Origin: Candidatus Omnitrophota bacterium
GTDB taxonomy: Bacteria > Omnitrophota > Gorgyraeia > Duberdicusellales > 4484-171
Direction: 5' to 3'
Assembly (NCBI GenBank): GCA_003154195.1
Contig: PMCS01000024.1
Coordinates: 64,028 to 128,027 of the forward strand
DNA length: 64,000 nucleotides
This document shows, piece by piece, positions 28,304 to 37,604 of this stretch (positions within the stretch are counted from its first letter, which is position 1; every line of letters begins with the position of its first letter). The notes beneath the pieces were generated by a model, which saw nothing but the letters and a program-made list of their open reading frames with translations, did no database searches and was not told the DNA's origin. Made by a program: the position numbers and the translations under genes.

Positions 28304-28351
28304 ATTATTTTTTTACTTCGTAAAAAAATAACTGCTATCCGCTTCGCGGAT
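28304..28351. repeat. start-codon-abutting double-hairpin element (family E1) at mtaB
   Basis: CAT-ATTATTTTTTTACTTCGTAAAAAAATAA...ATCCGCTTCGCGGAT. Confidence 0.75.
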
Positions 28352-28475
28352 AAAAAAACAAACAGGGTTAATATAACTAAAATATTATAACTCGAAATCA
28401 TCTCGGAAGTATTTTTTCTCTCTTCTTGTCTACCGCAAGCAGGCCGGAAAGTTGAATTCGGACGTGAGGACGAAT

Positions 28476-29195
28476 TCAACTTTCGTAATGAAGGAAATAA
28501 TTAATGAGGCCGATACCGAACACGGCGGCAGTTTCCACACGCAGGGTATTTACGGAAAGATTAACCGGCTTGAAGGAATTAGCCTGGAGCTGGTCAACTT
28601 CTTCTTTAGAAAAATCACCTTCGGGGCCGATGAGCAGAATGATATCGCCGTAATCCTGGCGAAAGATTTCTTTTACATTACCTTCGCCTTGTTGCCCAAA
28701 AAATTTCAGACGGCACCCGGTTTTCAATACTGTTTCGAAGTCCACGGTCTCCTTGAGTTCGGGGGACCAGAGGCGTTGTGATTGCCGCGCGGCTTCGACG
28801 ATAATTTTTTGCCAGCGCGTATATTTTTTTTCGGAAGGTGCCTCGGTTATGCTGCGCTCACAAATAAACGGTATAAACGATGAAACGCCAAGCTCTGTAG
28901 CCTTTTGCAGGATAAAATCTATTTTTTCCTCTTTTAACACGGGAAAACCCAGGGTTATCGGCGGTAAAGGGATATCCTGGGATTGAGCCAGCCCCATTGC
29001 GGCAACAGAAATGCTTTCTTTGCGTATCGCGGTTATTTCGTAGACGAATTCCTGTCCTACTCCGTTAAAAAGAAAAATACGCTCGCCGGTTCTAAGGCGT
29101 AAAATATTTTTTACTTTATGGATAATATCCTCATTGGATATTTCCATATAATCAGTTATTTTAGTCGGCTCGATGTAGATTCTTATCTTGGACAT
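28476..29195 (-). CDS. rsmE: 16S rRNA m3U1498 methyltransferase RsmE
   Basis: QKATELGV, EAARQS, IGPEGDFS, LRVETA. Confidence 0.94.
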   Translation of the reverse strand: MSKIRIYIEPTKITDYMEISNEDIIHKVKNILRLRTGERIFLFNGVGQEFVYEITAIRKESISVAAMGLAQSQDIPLPPITLGFPVLKEEKIDFILQKATELGVSSFIPFICERSITEAPSEKKYTRWQKIIVEAARQSQRLWSPELKETVDFETVLKTGCRLKFFGQQGEGNVKEIFRQDYGDIILLIGPEGDFSKEEVDQLQANSFKPVNLSVNTLRVETAAVFGIGLINYFLHYES

Positions 29196-29205
29196 AATTG
29201 ATATA

Positions 29206-29315
29206 GTTGAGCCCGTTACGCCTGTTTAGCCGGTTGGGCCAGTTGTGCCCTTTTAGCGGTTAGAACCCTACAACCGACCTAACTGACTCAACCGGCTCAA
29301 CGGTCTCAACCGGTT
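29206..29315. repeat. palindrome with 9-bp-periodic arms (GCCCGTTGA type)
   Basis: Left arm GTTGAGCCC/GTTACGCCT/GTTTAGCCG units; right arm AACTGACTC/AACCGGCTC units; same family at 63605 and inside mtaB. Confidence 0.75.
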
Positions 29316-29323
29316 AATTGTTT

Positions 29324-30889
29324 TTATCGCATTTCCGACTCACTAAACACGATTGCCCGGAATTTTTCGATAATCGCGTCTTTATCTTTATAGGCATCCG
29401 CGGGGAGGCCGGCCTTATGGCATAATTCCTCAAGATATGTCTTCATATCCCATCCTTGCTCCACCGGTACTTGCGGTAAAAATAACCCCTGGCGAAAATC
29501 TTTTTTTATAATTAAACCGTGCTTGCCGATTTCTATTTCATCGAAGCTTTTTATTCTGTCAAAAGGGGTAAGGACGGATATCTCGATTTCGATATCTTTA
29601 AGCTCGCCGTATTCTACTTGGGGAAATCGGTTATCCTCCGTTGCCGCGTAAATCGCGAATTCCGAAACGACTTTGTACACCGGCGTATCGCCGACAATTC
29701 TTCCGATGCAGCCGCGCAACCGGCCATGTTCTTTCAGGGTAACGAACGCTCCGCGTTTCTCCTGCAACGCCGGCGAACCAGCCTTGAATTCCGGAACTTT
29801 TTTACCCTGCAGATGATTTTCCAGCGTTTCCCGCGCTATTTTAAGTAATGTCTTCTTTTCTTCGTTATTTAAGGTATATTCGGCCATCCCTCCCTCCCTG
29901 GTTTTCGATTTCAAACCGCTGTTTGATGCTACCGGGCCATTATCTTTTTTTTCCTGGCTTTCCGCCTGTGGCCTATTGCCTGTTGCCTGAGGCATGAGGT
30001 ATGCCGCCGCGCTCAGATAACCTACAACTTTGCTCTTATCGCCGGCGGTATCGCCGGAGTTGGCGTATTTGAGAACAGAGACTTGCGCGTTTCGTTCACG
30101 CGCGTACATGAGCAACGTAATGACCGGATAAATCCCGCAGGCTCGGCCTTCGCCGTTGTTCACCGATTGGGCAAGCGCTTCAATATTTTTATCATTTACG
30201 AATTCGACAGTACCTTTGTCGATTCTTACCGCTTCATCGTAGGGATGATAGTGCGAAAGGTCGCTTGAGGCAACGACTAAAATTTTCTTTTTTGCCGAAA
30301 TCTTCACCAGAAGATCTGCCGTATCCTTCAAATCTTTAAAAGTGACGTCACTGAAAATAACCGGGACGATTTTTATCTTATTGCCCAATGCCTTAAAGAT
30401 AAACGGAAGCTGCACTTCGACAGAATGCTCTTCGTTGAAATATTCCGGATCAAAAGCGGCAAATTTTAAAGCGCTGAATTCCCCAGCCAGTTCATTGTCG
30501 ATATCCAGCTTACCCGTAGGTACGCTAAAGGAGCCGCCGGGAGGATATACGGCGATACCATTGAAGCTATACCGATGCGAAGGCGCCAGGATAATTACGG
30601 TATCGTAATTGTCTTTAAGCGCTTTATAGCCGTAGGCGGCGATATGACCGGAGTAAATATATCCGGCATGGGGAGAGATCAGGCCGATTATCTGCCCGTC
30701 AAGGGTAGCTGGGGAAGCATTATTAAAATATTTGGTTAATTGCGAAGCTAAAACTTCCTTGTCGGCAGGATAAAACGGACCGCAAAACTCACACTTTTTT
30801 TCTTCTGCTGATGCGGAAGAAAAAAAGTTATTGAAAAATAAAAAACCAACAATCCATAAATAACAAATGGTTTTGCGTATTTTTACCAT
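29324..30889 (-). CDS. amrB: AmmeMemoRadiSam protein B (MEMO1) - protein A (AMMECR1) fusion with signal peptide
   Basis: MEMO motifs SPHAGYIYSG, EHSVEVQLPF, SSDLSHY; AMMECR1 motifs GAFVTL..LRGCIG, FLPQV. Confidence 0.92.
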   Translation of the reverse strand: MVKIRKTICYLWIVGFLFFNNFFSSASAEEKKCEFCGPFYPADKEVLASQLTKYFNNASPATLDGQIIGLISPHAGYIYSGHIAAYGYKALKDNYDTVIILAPSHRYSFNGIAVYPPGGSFSVPTGKLDIDNELAGEFSALKFAAFDPEYFNEEHSVEVQLPFIFKALGNKIKIVPVIFSDVTFKDLKDTADLLVKISAKKKILVVASSDLSHYHPYDEAVRIDKGTVEFVNDKNIEALAQSVNNGEGRACGIYPVITLLMYARERNAQVSVLKYANSGDTAGDKSKVVGYLSAAAYLMPQATGNRPQAESQEKKDNGPVASNSGLKSKTREGGMAEYTLNNEEKKTLLKIARETLENHLQGKKVPEFKAGSPALQEKRGAFVTLKEHGRLRGCIGRIVGDTPVYKVVSEFAIYAATEDNRFPQVEYGELKDIEIEISVLTPFDRIKSFDEIEIGKHGLIIKKDFRQGLFLPQVPVEQGWDMKTYLEELCHKAGLPADAYKDKDAIIEKFRAIVFSESEMR

Positions 30890-30972
30890 TTTTAGTTAAT
30901 TTAAACATCGGCCGTTTACCATCCGCTTCGCGGATGGTGGATATTTATTTTTCGCACAGCGAAAAATAAATA

Positions 30973-31043
30973 TGGAGCCGAGGAGATTTGCCCGCCAAAA
31001 GACGAAAGCTTTTGGCGAGGTCTCGCCTTCGGCGGAAACTCCT
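30973..31043 (-). other. copy of the tRNA-Ala 3' end interrupted in the T-loop by an E2 element
   Basis: TGGAGCCGAGGAGATTTG[30991..31036]AACTCCT; identical to the tRNA 3' portion once the insert is removed. Confidence 0.8.
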
Positions 31044-31085
31044 ATTCGCTGCCTTCCGTGATAAACGATTTATGTTTTTGAAATA

Positions 31086-31173
31086 TGGAGCCGGGCGGAG
31101 TTTCCGTCAAAAGTCGAAAACTCTTGACGAGATCTCGCCAAAATAAAAACATTTTTTTGGCGGAGAACCGCCC
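31086..31173 (-). other. second tRNA/tmRNA-like 3' end interrupted in the T-loop by an E2 element
   Basis: Removing 31103..31164 gives minus-strand GGCGG-TTCAACT-CCGCC-CGGCTCCA (T arm plus acceptor 3' strand). Confidence 0.7.
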
Positions 31174-31195
31174 ACCCTTAAGCGCAGAACAAAAA

Positions 31196-31271
31196 TGGTG
31201 GAGCCGAGGAGATTTGAACTCCTGACCTCCTCGTTGCGAACGAGGCGTTCTCCCAACTGAACTACGGCCCC
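31196..31271 (-). tRNA. tRNA-Ala (anticodon CGC)
   Basis: GGGGCCGTAGTTCAGTTGGGAGAACGCCTCGTTCGCAACGAGGAGGTCAGGAGTTCAAATCTCCTCGGCTCCACCA: 76 nt, cloverleaf, G3:U70, encoded CCA. Confidence 0.97.
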
Positions 31272-31427
31272 GATTTAAAATGTAATTATATAGGTTTTTA
31301 TTTCCTCGATTTTAAATCGCACTGAGTGAAACGAAGTGCCTTTATACCAAATCAACGACAGTAACGTTTTTAACCAGCGTTGAGGGTTTAAGTCTAGAAT
31401 GCCTAAATTAACCCTGCATTATTCTAT

Positions 31428-32240
31428 CTATTTGACCTTTGGTTTGCAAGAAAAACTTTCTTCGGGAGAAGGGTAATTTCCCATCCGCACGTCGGCGGAA
31501 AAATCCTGCGCTGCTTTTTTTACCTGCGCGGCTAAATCGGCGTATACTCGCGCAAAGCGCGGCCGTATTTTCTTATAAAGACCTAATAAGTCGTAAAGGA
31601 CAAGCACCTGGCCATCGCAGTATTTCCCCGCACCGCAGCTTATCGTAGGAATCTTTATTTTTTTGGTAATAACGCGGCCTAATTCAAGCGGGATACATTC
31701 AAGCACCAGGCTGAAGATACCCAAGTCTTCCAATGATTTCGCCTGGGCGATTAACCGGGCGGCAGATTCGCTATTTTTCCCCTGGACTTTAAACCCGCCG
31801 AGTAAATGGGCGGTTTGCGGAGTCAAGCCGATATGGCCCATCACGGGAATTTTATTTTTGATTAATTTTTTTGTCACATATTCGCCTTGAGCAAACCACT
31901 CTATCTTCACGGCATCCGCTCCGGCATCGATAAATTTTTTAGCAAAGTCTACGCATTTGGCGGGGTTTTTTTGAAAAGCGACATAAGGCATATCGGCGAC
32001 GACCAGAGAATTCTTCACGCCTCTTGCCACGGCTTTCGCATGGTTCAACATTTCACTGAACTGAATTTTACGCGTTTCCGCCATCCCCAAAACCACGTTG
32101 GCTAAAGAATCGCCGATTAAAATGATATCAATCCCCGCTTCGTCAAGGACGCAGGCAAAAGCGTAATCATAACACGTCAACATCGTTATTTTTTGTTTGT
32201 TTTTATATTTGATAATATCGGACACGGTTATTTTCGGCAT
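31428..32240 (-). CDS. panB: 3-methyl-2-oxobutanoate hydroxymethyltransferase
   Basis: MLTCYD, IGDSL, VADMP, MGHIGLTPQ, DGQVLV. Confidence 0.96.
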   Translation of the reverse strand: MPKITVSDIIKYKNKQKITMLTCYDYAFACVLDEAGIDIILIGDSLANVVLGMAETRKIQFSEMLNHAKAVARGVKNSLVVADMPYVAFQKNPAKCVDFAKKFIDAGADAVKIEWFAQGEYVTKKLIKNKIPVMGHIGLTPQTAHLLGGFKVQGKNSESAARLIAQAKSLEDLGIFSLVLECIPLELGRVITKKIKIPTISCGAGKYCDGQVLVLYDLLGLYKKIRPRFARVYADLAAQVKKAAQDFSADVRMGNYPSPEESFSCKPKVK

Positions 32241-32272
32241 ATTTTTTTATCCTGCTGACAATCGACGGCGGT

Positions 32273-32773
32273 TCACTTGCGATACATATAGATGATAACC
32301 TGGATAACAATGCCGGCGCCGGACAACGCCAGCAACACAAAAAAAGCGTATTCCCCAGGAATAAAGGGAAGCCGGACAATCAATGCCGCGCCGGTAAGAG
32401 AAGACAAAATAATCAGCGCCCACTCTAAAAGGCCGGCGCCTAACAATAGCCCCAACAATGCCGCTAAGGCAATAATGCCCCAACCTGCCGGCTCAGGCAC
32501 GCTGAAACGCGATACCACGCCTGCCGCCAGGTATCCCGCCGCCGCCGCGCCTGCCGCCGCTACGGCGGCCTTGCGCATGACAAAAGACAACCAGATACTG
32601 AGAAACCCGCATCCGGTCATAATCAATAATCGGGCCATAATATTGCCGTCCGGAAAAAACAACATTCCCACACTGCCGCCGAGAATAAACCCGATAACGC
32701 CGATAAAAAACCAGAACAGCGGCCGGCCGGCGACAATCAATAAAATACCGGCAACGATTTGGGCGATTTCCAT
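32273..32773 (-). CDS. DUF4203-like multi-pass membrane protein
   Basis: Gly/Ala-rich hydrophobic helices; GRPLFWFF..GFILG; SSLTGA. Confidence 0.7.
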   Translation of the reverse strand: MEIAQIVAGILLIVAGRPLFWFFIGVIGFILGGSVGMLFFPDGNIMARLLIMTGCGFLSIWLSFVMRKAAVAAAGAAAAGYLAAGVVSRFSVPEPAGWGIIALAALLGLLLGAGLLEWALIILSSLTGAALIVRLPFIPGEYAFFVLLALSGAGIVIQVIIYMYRK

Positions 32774-32786
32774 TTCCGTCCTGCTC

Positions 32787-33887
32787 CTACTGGATTATAT
32801 GTACTCGTTTCTTTCCGTTTTCGTCCCGCATAACCACAAAGATACGCATCGTCGACGGATTTAATGATATAAATTTTCTTATTCGATCTACGCCCATCAC
32901 AAAAAATGCCGTGGAAAGGCTGTCAGCCGTAGTGCAATTTTTGGCGATAACGGTTACACTGATCATCTTATCGTCGACCGGATAGCCGGTTTTGGGGTCG
33001 ATCAGATGAGAATACTGCTTGCCGTTAAGTTCAAAAAATTGCTCATAATTGCCGCTGGTCGCCGCGCCTTCATCTTCGATATTTTGCGTTGCGATAATAT
33101 CGGAAACTTCCGGGGCATCCTTTATACCGACCCGCCATGGCCTATTGCTGTTTCGGCCCAGGCAGTAGATATCGCCGCCCAGATCGACAATCGCGCCGGA
33201 TATCCCTGCTTTTTTAAGTTTCAGCGCGGCTTGGTCCACCATATAACCGTCGGCAATCGCCGCCAGGTCGATTGACAAGCCACGGCGCCTTAGCGTAACG
33301 GTTTTATCTTTTTCATTTAATTCGACAAAATTAAAACCGCAATTTTTTTTAATTTCGGCGATCTCATCAGCGGAAGGCAATCTGCCGGTTCCGCCTTTAG
33401 CGATCAGCCCTTTCCATAATTTAAATAAATTGCCGCTTGCCGGGTCGAACGCCCCGCCGCTCATCGCATAAACCTGATAAGATAATTTTAAAATATCAAA
33501 AAGCTCATCGGAAACCTTTACCGAAGTGTCGAATGACCGGTTCAGACGGGAAAGCTCGGAACTCTCCTTGTAGAAGCTAAAAATGTTTTCCAGACGTTTA
33601 ATCTCGTCGTAAACAATTTTCCCCGCCCGGCTGTCGTAAGATTTTACCTCAAGAAACGTGCCGGCAACAACATATTTTGATTTATGCAACGGCTGGGCGC
33701 AGGAACATGCAAAAAACAAACCGCAGACCGGTACCAACTTAACCGAAAAACCGAAAAACCGAAAAACCGAAAAACTCAAGACAAAAATGTAGGGATATTT
33801 TAGATCGGCAGTTTTTAAGTTTTTACGTTTTTTTGTTTTTCGGTTAACTAACCCGACACCTGATGTCTGATTCACTTTTCCAGCCAT
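32787..33887 (-). CDS. apbE: FAD:protein FMN transferase (ApbE) lipoprotein
   Basis: SELSRLN, GAFDP, IDLAAIADGYMVD, ATSGNYE, HLIDPKTG, ADSLSTA. The N-terminus runs through a repeat, so the start is uncertain. Confidence 0.9.
   Translation of the reverse strand: MAGKVNQTSGVGLVNRKTKKRKNLKTADLKYPYIFVLSFSVFRFFGFSVKLVPVCGLFFACSCAQPLHKSKYVVAGTFLEVKSYDSRAGKIVYDEIKRLENIFSFYKESSELSRLNRSFDTSVKVSDELFDILKLSYQVYAMSGGAFDPASGNLFKLWKGLIAKGGTGRLPSADEIAEIKKNCGFNFVELNEKDKTVTLRRRGLSIDLAAIADGYMVDQAALKLKKAGISGAIVDLGGDIYCLGRNSNRPWRVGIKDAPEVSDIIATQNIEDEGAATSGNYEQFFELNGKQYSHLIDPKTGYPVDDKMISVTVIAKNCTTADSLSTAFFVMGVDRIRKFISLNPSTMRIFVVMRDENGKKRVHIIQ
33741..33845. repeat. palindrome with 8-bp-periodic arms (AACCGAAA x4)
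   Basis: AACCGAAA tandem x4 and a degenerate inverted arm TTTTTAAG/TTTTTACG/TTTTTTTG/TTTTTCGGTT. Confidence 0.8.
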
Positions 33888-35587
33888 TTCATTAACTCCT
33901 CCAATCCCATACAGTTTATCACATCGTTTTTAGTAAGCCAGGCTCGGCGGCCGACATTGACGCCTAACCCCATCGCTTCCATTTGCCGGAATTGGTGAGA
34001 ATCGGTATCGATGGCGATTTTTACCCCCCTTTTTTTTGCGGCCATCGCGTTCGTATCGTTTAAATCCAGACGCTGGGGGTAAGAGTTTATCTCTAACGCC
34101 GTATTATAGTCGGCTGCGGCCTTGAACACTTCATTTAAATCGATATCGTAGGCGTCGCGCTGGCCGGCCAGCTTTCCCGTCGGATGGGCGATGATGTGCG
34201 CGTATTTATTTTTACAGGCCGACACGATTCGTTTAGTAAGCTGTTTTTTTGATTGCCTTAAACCCGAATGCACCGCGGCAACCACCAGGTCAAATTCTTT
34301 CAGGGTCTCGTCAGGGTAATCGAGAGAACCGTCGTTGTTGATATCTACTTCCGTACCGCAAAGAATACGGAAGTTATTATATTTTTTATTGAGCGCGCGT
34401 ATTTCTTCGGATTTTTTATGGATTTCGTTTCGCGATAACCCTTTGGCGATATGCAGCGATTGCGAATGGTCACAGACCGCGATATATCGATAGCCGAGCG
34501 CTTGCGCCTGTGCCGCGTCTTCTTCGATCGTCGATAGCCCATCGCTGTAAGTCGAATGCACATGGAGGTCGCCTTTAATATCGCTAAGCTCGACCAATCT
34601 AGGCAGGTTGTGGCTTATGGCGGCATCGATCTCTCCCCGGTCTTCGCGCAATTCCGGGGGGATATAATCCATCCCCAATAACGCGAATACTTCTTCTTCG
34701 GTCTTGCCGGCAAGGCATTTTTCTTTGCCGTCGAATACACCGTATTCGTTCAGTTTATAGCCATGAGCGATTGCCGATTCCCGCAATTTTATATTGAATT
34801 CTTTAGAACCGGTAAAATAAAGCAGGGCAGCGCCGAAACTTTGCTTTTCCACTATCCGCAAATCGACCTGGATATTATTCTCCCGGGCGATAACACTGGA
34901 TTTCGCGGGGCCACGCTCCCGCGTTTCCTTGACAATCGGCAGTTTCACGAACTCGTCGATGATTTTTTGCATGGGATTTCCGGCGATAAGGATATCGATA
35001 TCCCTGACTGCGCCTTTTTCACGCCGGAGCGAACCGGCAACCGATATCTGCCCTACTTCCTTCAGGTTTTTTAGCGAATCCACAAATTGGCCGGCGATAC
35101 GGTGAGCGACAGGGTTAAGCACCGCCTCTTGGCCGCGTTGGTATATCCCAATACCGTGAATGATATTCTCAATGGTCTTTTCGCGAATGCCCGGCAACTC
35201 GGCTAACTGCCGGGTTTTTGCCGCTTTTTCTAGTTTTTCCACCGAATCGATTTTAGTGCGGTCGTAAATCAGCTTTACCGTTTTCGGCCCCAGGCCGGGG
35301 ACACGAAGCAGTTCCAGCAACCCCGAAGGTATCTCTTTTTTTAAATCTTCATATAAAGCGGTGGTATCGCCGGTAATAATATCGTTTATTTTTTCCGCCA
35401 GATCTTTTCCGATGCCTTCGATTTCCGTAAGGGCGCCGCGTTGCGCGATATCTTTTACATCCTCAGTAAGGTCTTCGATGATACCCGCGGCGTGTTCATA
35501 GGCGCGGACGCGAAAATGATTCTCGCCCTTAAGTGCCAGCATCGAAGAAATGTTTTGAAATATTTCCGCAACTTTTTTGTTCAACAT
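33872..35587 (-). CDS. polX: DNA polymerase/3'-5' exonuclease PolX (PolX + PHP)
   Basis: GSLRR, catalytic DID and VDLR, YFTGS, PHP HVH..CDH. Confidence 0.95.
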   Translation of the reverse strand: MLNKKVAEIFQNISSMLALKGENHFRVRAYEHAAGIIEDLTEDVKDIAQRGALTEIEGIGKDLAEKINDIITGDTTALYEDLKKEIPSGLLELLRVPGLGPKTVKLIYDRTKIDSVEKLEKAAKTRQLAELPGIREKTIENIIHGIGIYQRGQEAVLNPVAHRIAGQFVDSLKNLKEVGQISVAGSLRREKGAVRDIDILIAGNPMQKIIDEFVKLPIVKETRERGPAKSSVIARENNIQVDLRIVEKQSFGAALLYFTGSKEFNIKLRESAIAHGYKLNEYGVFDGKEKCLAGKTEEEVFALLGMDYIPPELREDRGEIDAAISHNLPRLVELSDIKGDLHVHSTYSDGLSTIEEDAAQAQALGYRYIAVCDHSQSLHIAKGLSRNEIHKKSEEIRALNKKYNNFRILCGTEVDINNDGSLDYPDETLKEFDLVVAAVHSGLRQSKKQLTKRIVSACKNKYAHIIAHPTGKLAGQRDAYDIDLNEVFKAAADYNTALEINSYPQRLDLNDTNAMAAKKRGVKIAIDTDSHQFRQMEAMGLGVNVGRRAWLTKNDVINCMGLEELMKWLEK

Positions 35588-35818
35588 ATTTTTTACTGCG
35601 TAATTCGACTATCCCCTCCGGGGATAGTTCAACTACATCCCGCACTAATTTTAAAATGAAATTAGTGCGGGATAAGTTTCACTACCGCCTCACTACGTTC
35701 GGCGAAATCTCATTAAAAATATCCGTCATCCGCTTCGTCCCGATGCTCCGGAATATCGCGAAAATCTCCTTCGGATATTTTCGCAAGGCTTCCGGGACTC
35801 CGCTTACGCTTCGCGGAT
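35588..35818. mobile_element. E1 element at the polX start carrying two nested insertions
   Basis: E1 frame interrupted by a 110-bp element (35604..35713, TAA duplication) and a 69-bp element (35738..35806, CGCTTCG duplication). Confidence 0.75.
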
Positions 35819-35931
35819 GGAAAAAATACCGTAAAATTTTCAACCCAGTTTTGTTTAATGTTAACGTTCTAAATCCGCCGCAGGCGGATTTTCTGTTAAA
35901 TCTATTCTGCGGCGTTAGCAGCAGAATAGAT

Positions 35932-36288
35932 TTAACCGGGGAAGAGTTTCGCCCGGAAAATAAAGAAAACCGCTCCCAGCAAACACAACCCCGCCCAGAA
36001 ATAATCCGTACCGATTTTTTCCTTCATATAAAAAACGGAAAACGGGACAAAAACCGATAAAGTAATTACTTCCTGCATTATTTTTAACTGGCCGATGGTC
36101 AAAACCTGGTGGCCAATGCGGTTCGCCGGCACCTGGAGCATATATTCAAAAAAAGCAATCCCCCAACTTACCAGGGCGGCGACAATCCATGGTTTAGACG
36201 AAAGATTCTTCAGATGGCCATACCAGGCGAAGGTCATAAAAACATTACTGCAGGAAAGCAAAATAATGGTCAGGTAAATATTCTTCAT
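35932..36288 (-). CDS. DMT family protein (DUF486-like)
   Basis: SNVFMTFAWYGHLK..SWGIAFFEY..QVPANRIG..QLKIMQEVITL. Confidence 0.92.
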   Translation of the reverse strand: MKNIYLTIILLSCSNVFMTFAWYGHLKNLSSKPWIVAALVSWGIAFFEYMLQVPANRIGHQVLTIGQLKIMQEVITLSVFVPFSVFYMKEKIGTDYFWAGLCLLGAVFFIFRAKLFPG

Positions 36289-36340
36289 TTTATTTATCCC
36301 GGCATTTTAAAACCGCAAAGCAACAAAAACAATACCTTCT

Positions 36341-36904
36341 TTATTCTTTCGGCTTAGCGCCGGCGCTCAAAAAATCATTGAGCTTGTCTTCAGTCATCTT
36401 GTCCTCGGAAATAACTTCGCCGTTTTCATTATATTTTTTTAAAACGACATCTTTATTCTCATCGGCATACCTTTCTTCAATCAGCTTCCCGTCTTTATCG
36501 AAAAATTTAACGACACTCTTTGCTTGCGACTTGATCATAAGCGTCGTAAATTTTCCAGAATCATCGCCGAAAAGTTCTTGTGTATTAATGTTTTTATTCT
36601 TATCCTGCGTAAGACGAAATTCTTCCGGGCTTATTATTTCCGCATAGCCATCTTTAGTCAATTTTTCAACAACGTCATCCCAAACAAGCCCTATTCCTTC
36701 AACCTGGCTTTTCGTAATCGACCCTGGTTCCACTTTGCAGCTATCCGCCCCCGGGCAAGTTGTTGCCGGAGCTGCCGGGTCACAATTTAACATGAACAAT
36801 GCTGCGACCTCCATCTTACTCGCGCCTGGTTCGTTATTATTATCTTGGGCGTATCCGGATAAATTGAAAAAAACAACGAAAATAATTAACGCAATAATTC
36901 GCAT
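36341..36904 (-). CDS. hypothetical secreted protein
   Basis: Signal peptide from ATG 36904 after an AAGGAG RBS; three Cys; DxxG beta-hairpin repeats. Confidence 0.65.
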   Translation of the reverse strand: MRIIALIIFVVFFNLSGYAQDNNNEPGASKMEVAALFMLNCDPAAPATTCPGADSCKVEPGSITKSQVEGIGLVWDDVVEKLTKDGYAEIISPEEFRLTQDKNKNINTQELFGDDSGKFTTLMIKSQAKSVVKFFDKDGKLIEERYADENKDVVLKKYNENGEVISEDKMTEDKLNDFLSAGAKPKE

Positions 36905-37132
36905 AAGTTCTCCTTCTTTTATTTCCCCGCGCAATAGCGGACCGAAACATCACCATGATCGCTCATCTGCAATTCCGGGGACAGCTACCACAACTCCCGC
37001 TCCCATTATTTTTCCAAAACATCAATCAGTCTTACTCATTTCTTAATCCGTTAAAATCTGCGAAATCTGTGGACAAAAATTTTCCGTATCTTCCCCTTTC
37101 GAGTTTTCCTCTATCCTCTGTGGTAAAATTAT

Positions 37133-37558
37133 CTATTTTTCCCAAGTTGCCGTAATCTTATTAGTTATCCCACCCCTCGCCGTAAACTCCCCCGTAATCG
37201 TCATCCCCCACGGCCCTACCGCTTTCGCCAAATCCTCCAGTATTTTGTTCACCGCGTGCTCGTTATAGACCTTGACGTTACGAAACGCAACCAGGTAATA
37301 CTTAAGCGATTTGAGTTCGATGAGTTTTTTCCGGGGAACGTAGCTTATCGTCAATTTCGCGAAATCCGGCAGGCCGGAAAACGGGCAGACACAGGTGAAT
37401 TCATCGCATTTGGTTTCAATATTGATCTTTCGTTGGGGATACTCGTAGGGGATGCTTTGAAGAATCGTAGAATCGATATCGGATATCTTGTAAAATTTCC
37501 CGATTGTCTTTAACGCCTTTTTTTCGATATCCACGGATGACCTGTCTTTGTATATCAT
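37133..37558 (-). CDS. queF: preQ0 reductase QueF (type I)
   Basis: EFTCVCPFSGLPDFA and QueF motif ELKSLKYYL; ARGGI. Confidence 0.93.
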   Translation of the reverse strand: MIYKDRSSVDIEKKALKTIGKFYKISDIDSTILQSIPYEYPQRKINIETKCDEFTCVCPFSGLPDFAKLTISYVPRKKLIELKSLKYYLVAFRNVKVYNEHAVNKILEDLAKAVGPWGMTITGEFTARGGITNKITATWEK

Positions 37559-37604
37559 AATCCATCTCCTCGTTAAACCACTAAACTCAAACTATGCCTA
37601 CTGC

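Noticed and set aside
35533-36060. Plus-strand ORF with an apparent paralogue at 39773..40141 (KISVIRFVPM..ISFGYFR..PLTLRG)
   Set aside because: The similarity comes entirely from the shared E1+69-bp DNA repeat; both ORFs overlap real minus-strand genes.
37559-37604. preQ1 riboswitch upstream of queF
   Set aside because: No AGAGGUUC/CCC stem or A-rich tail; the gap is only 46 nt and contains the RBS.
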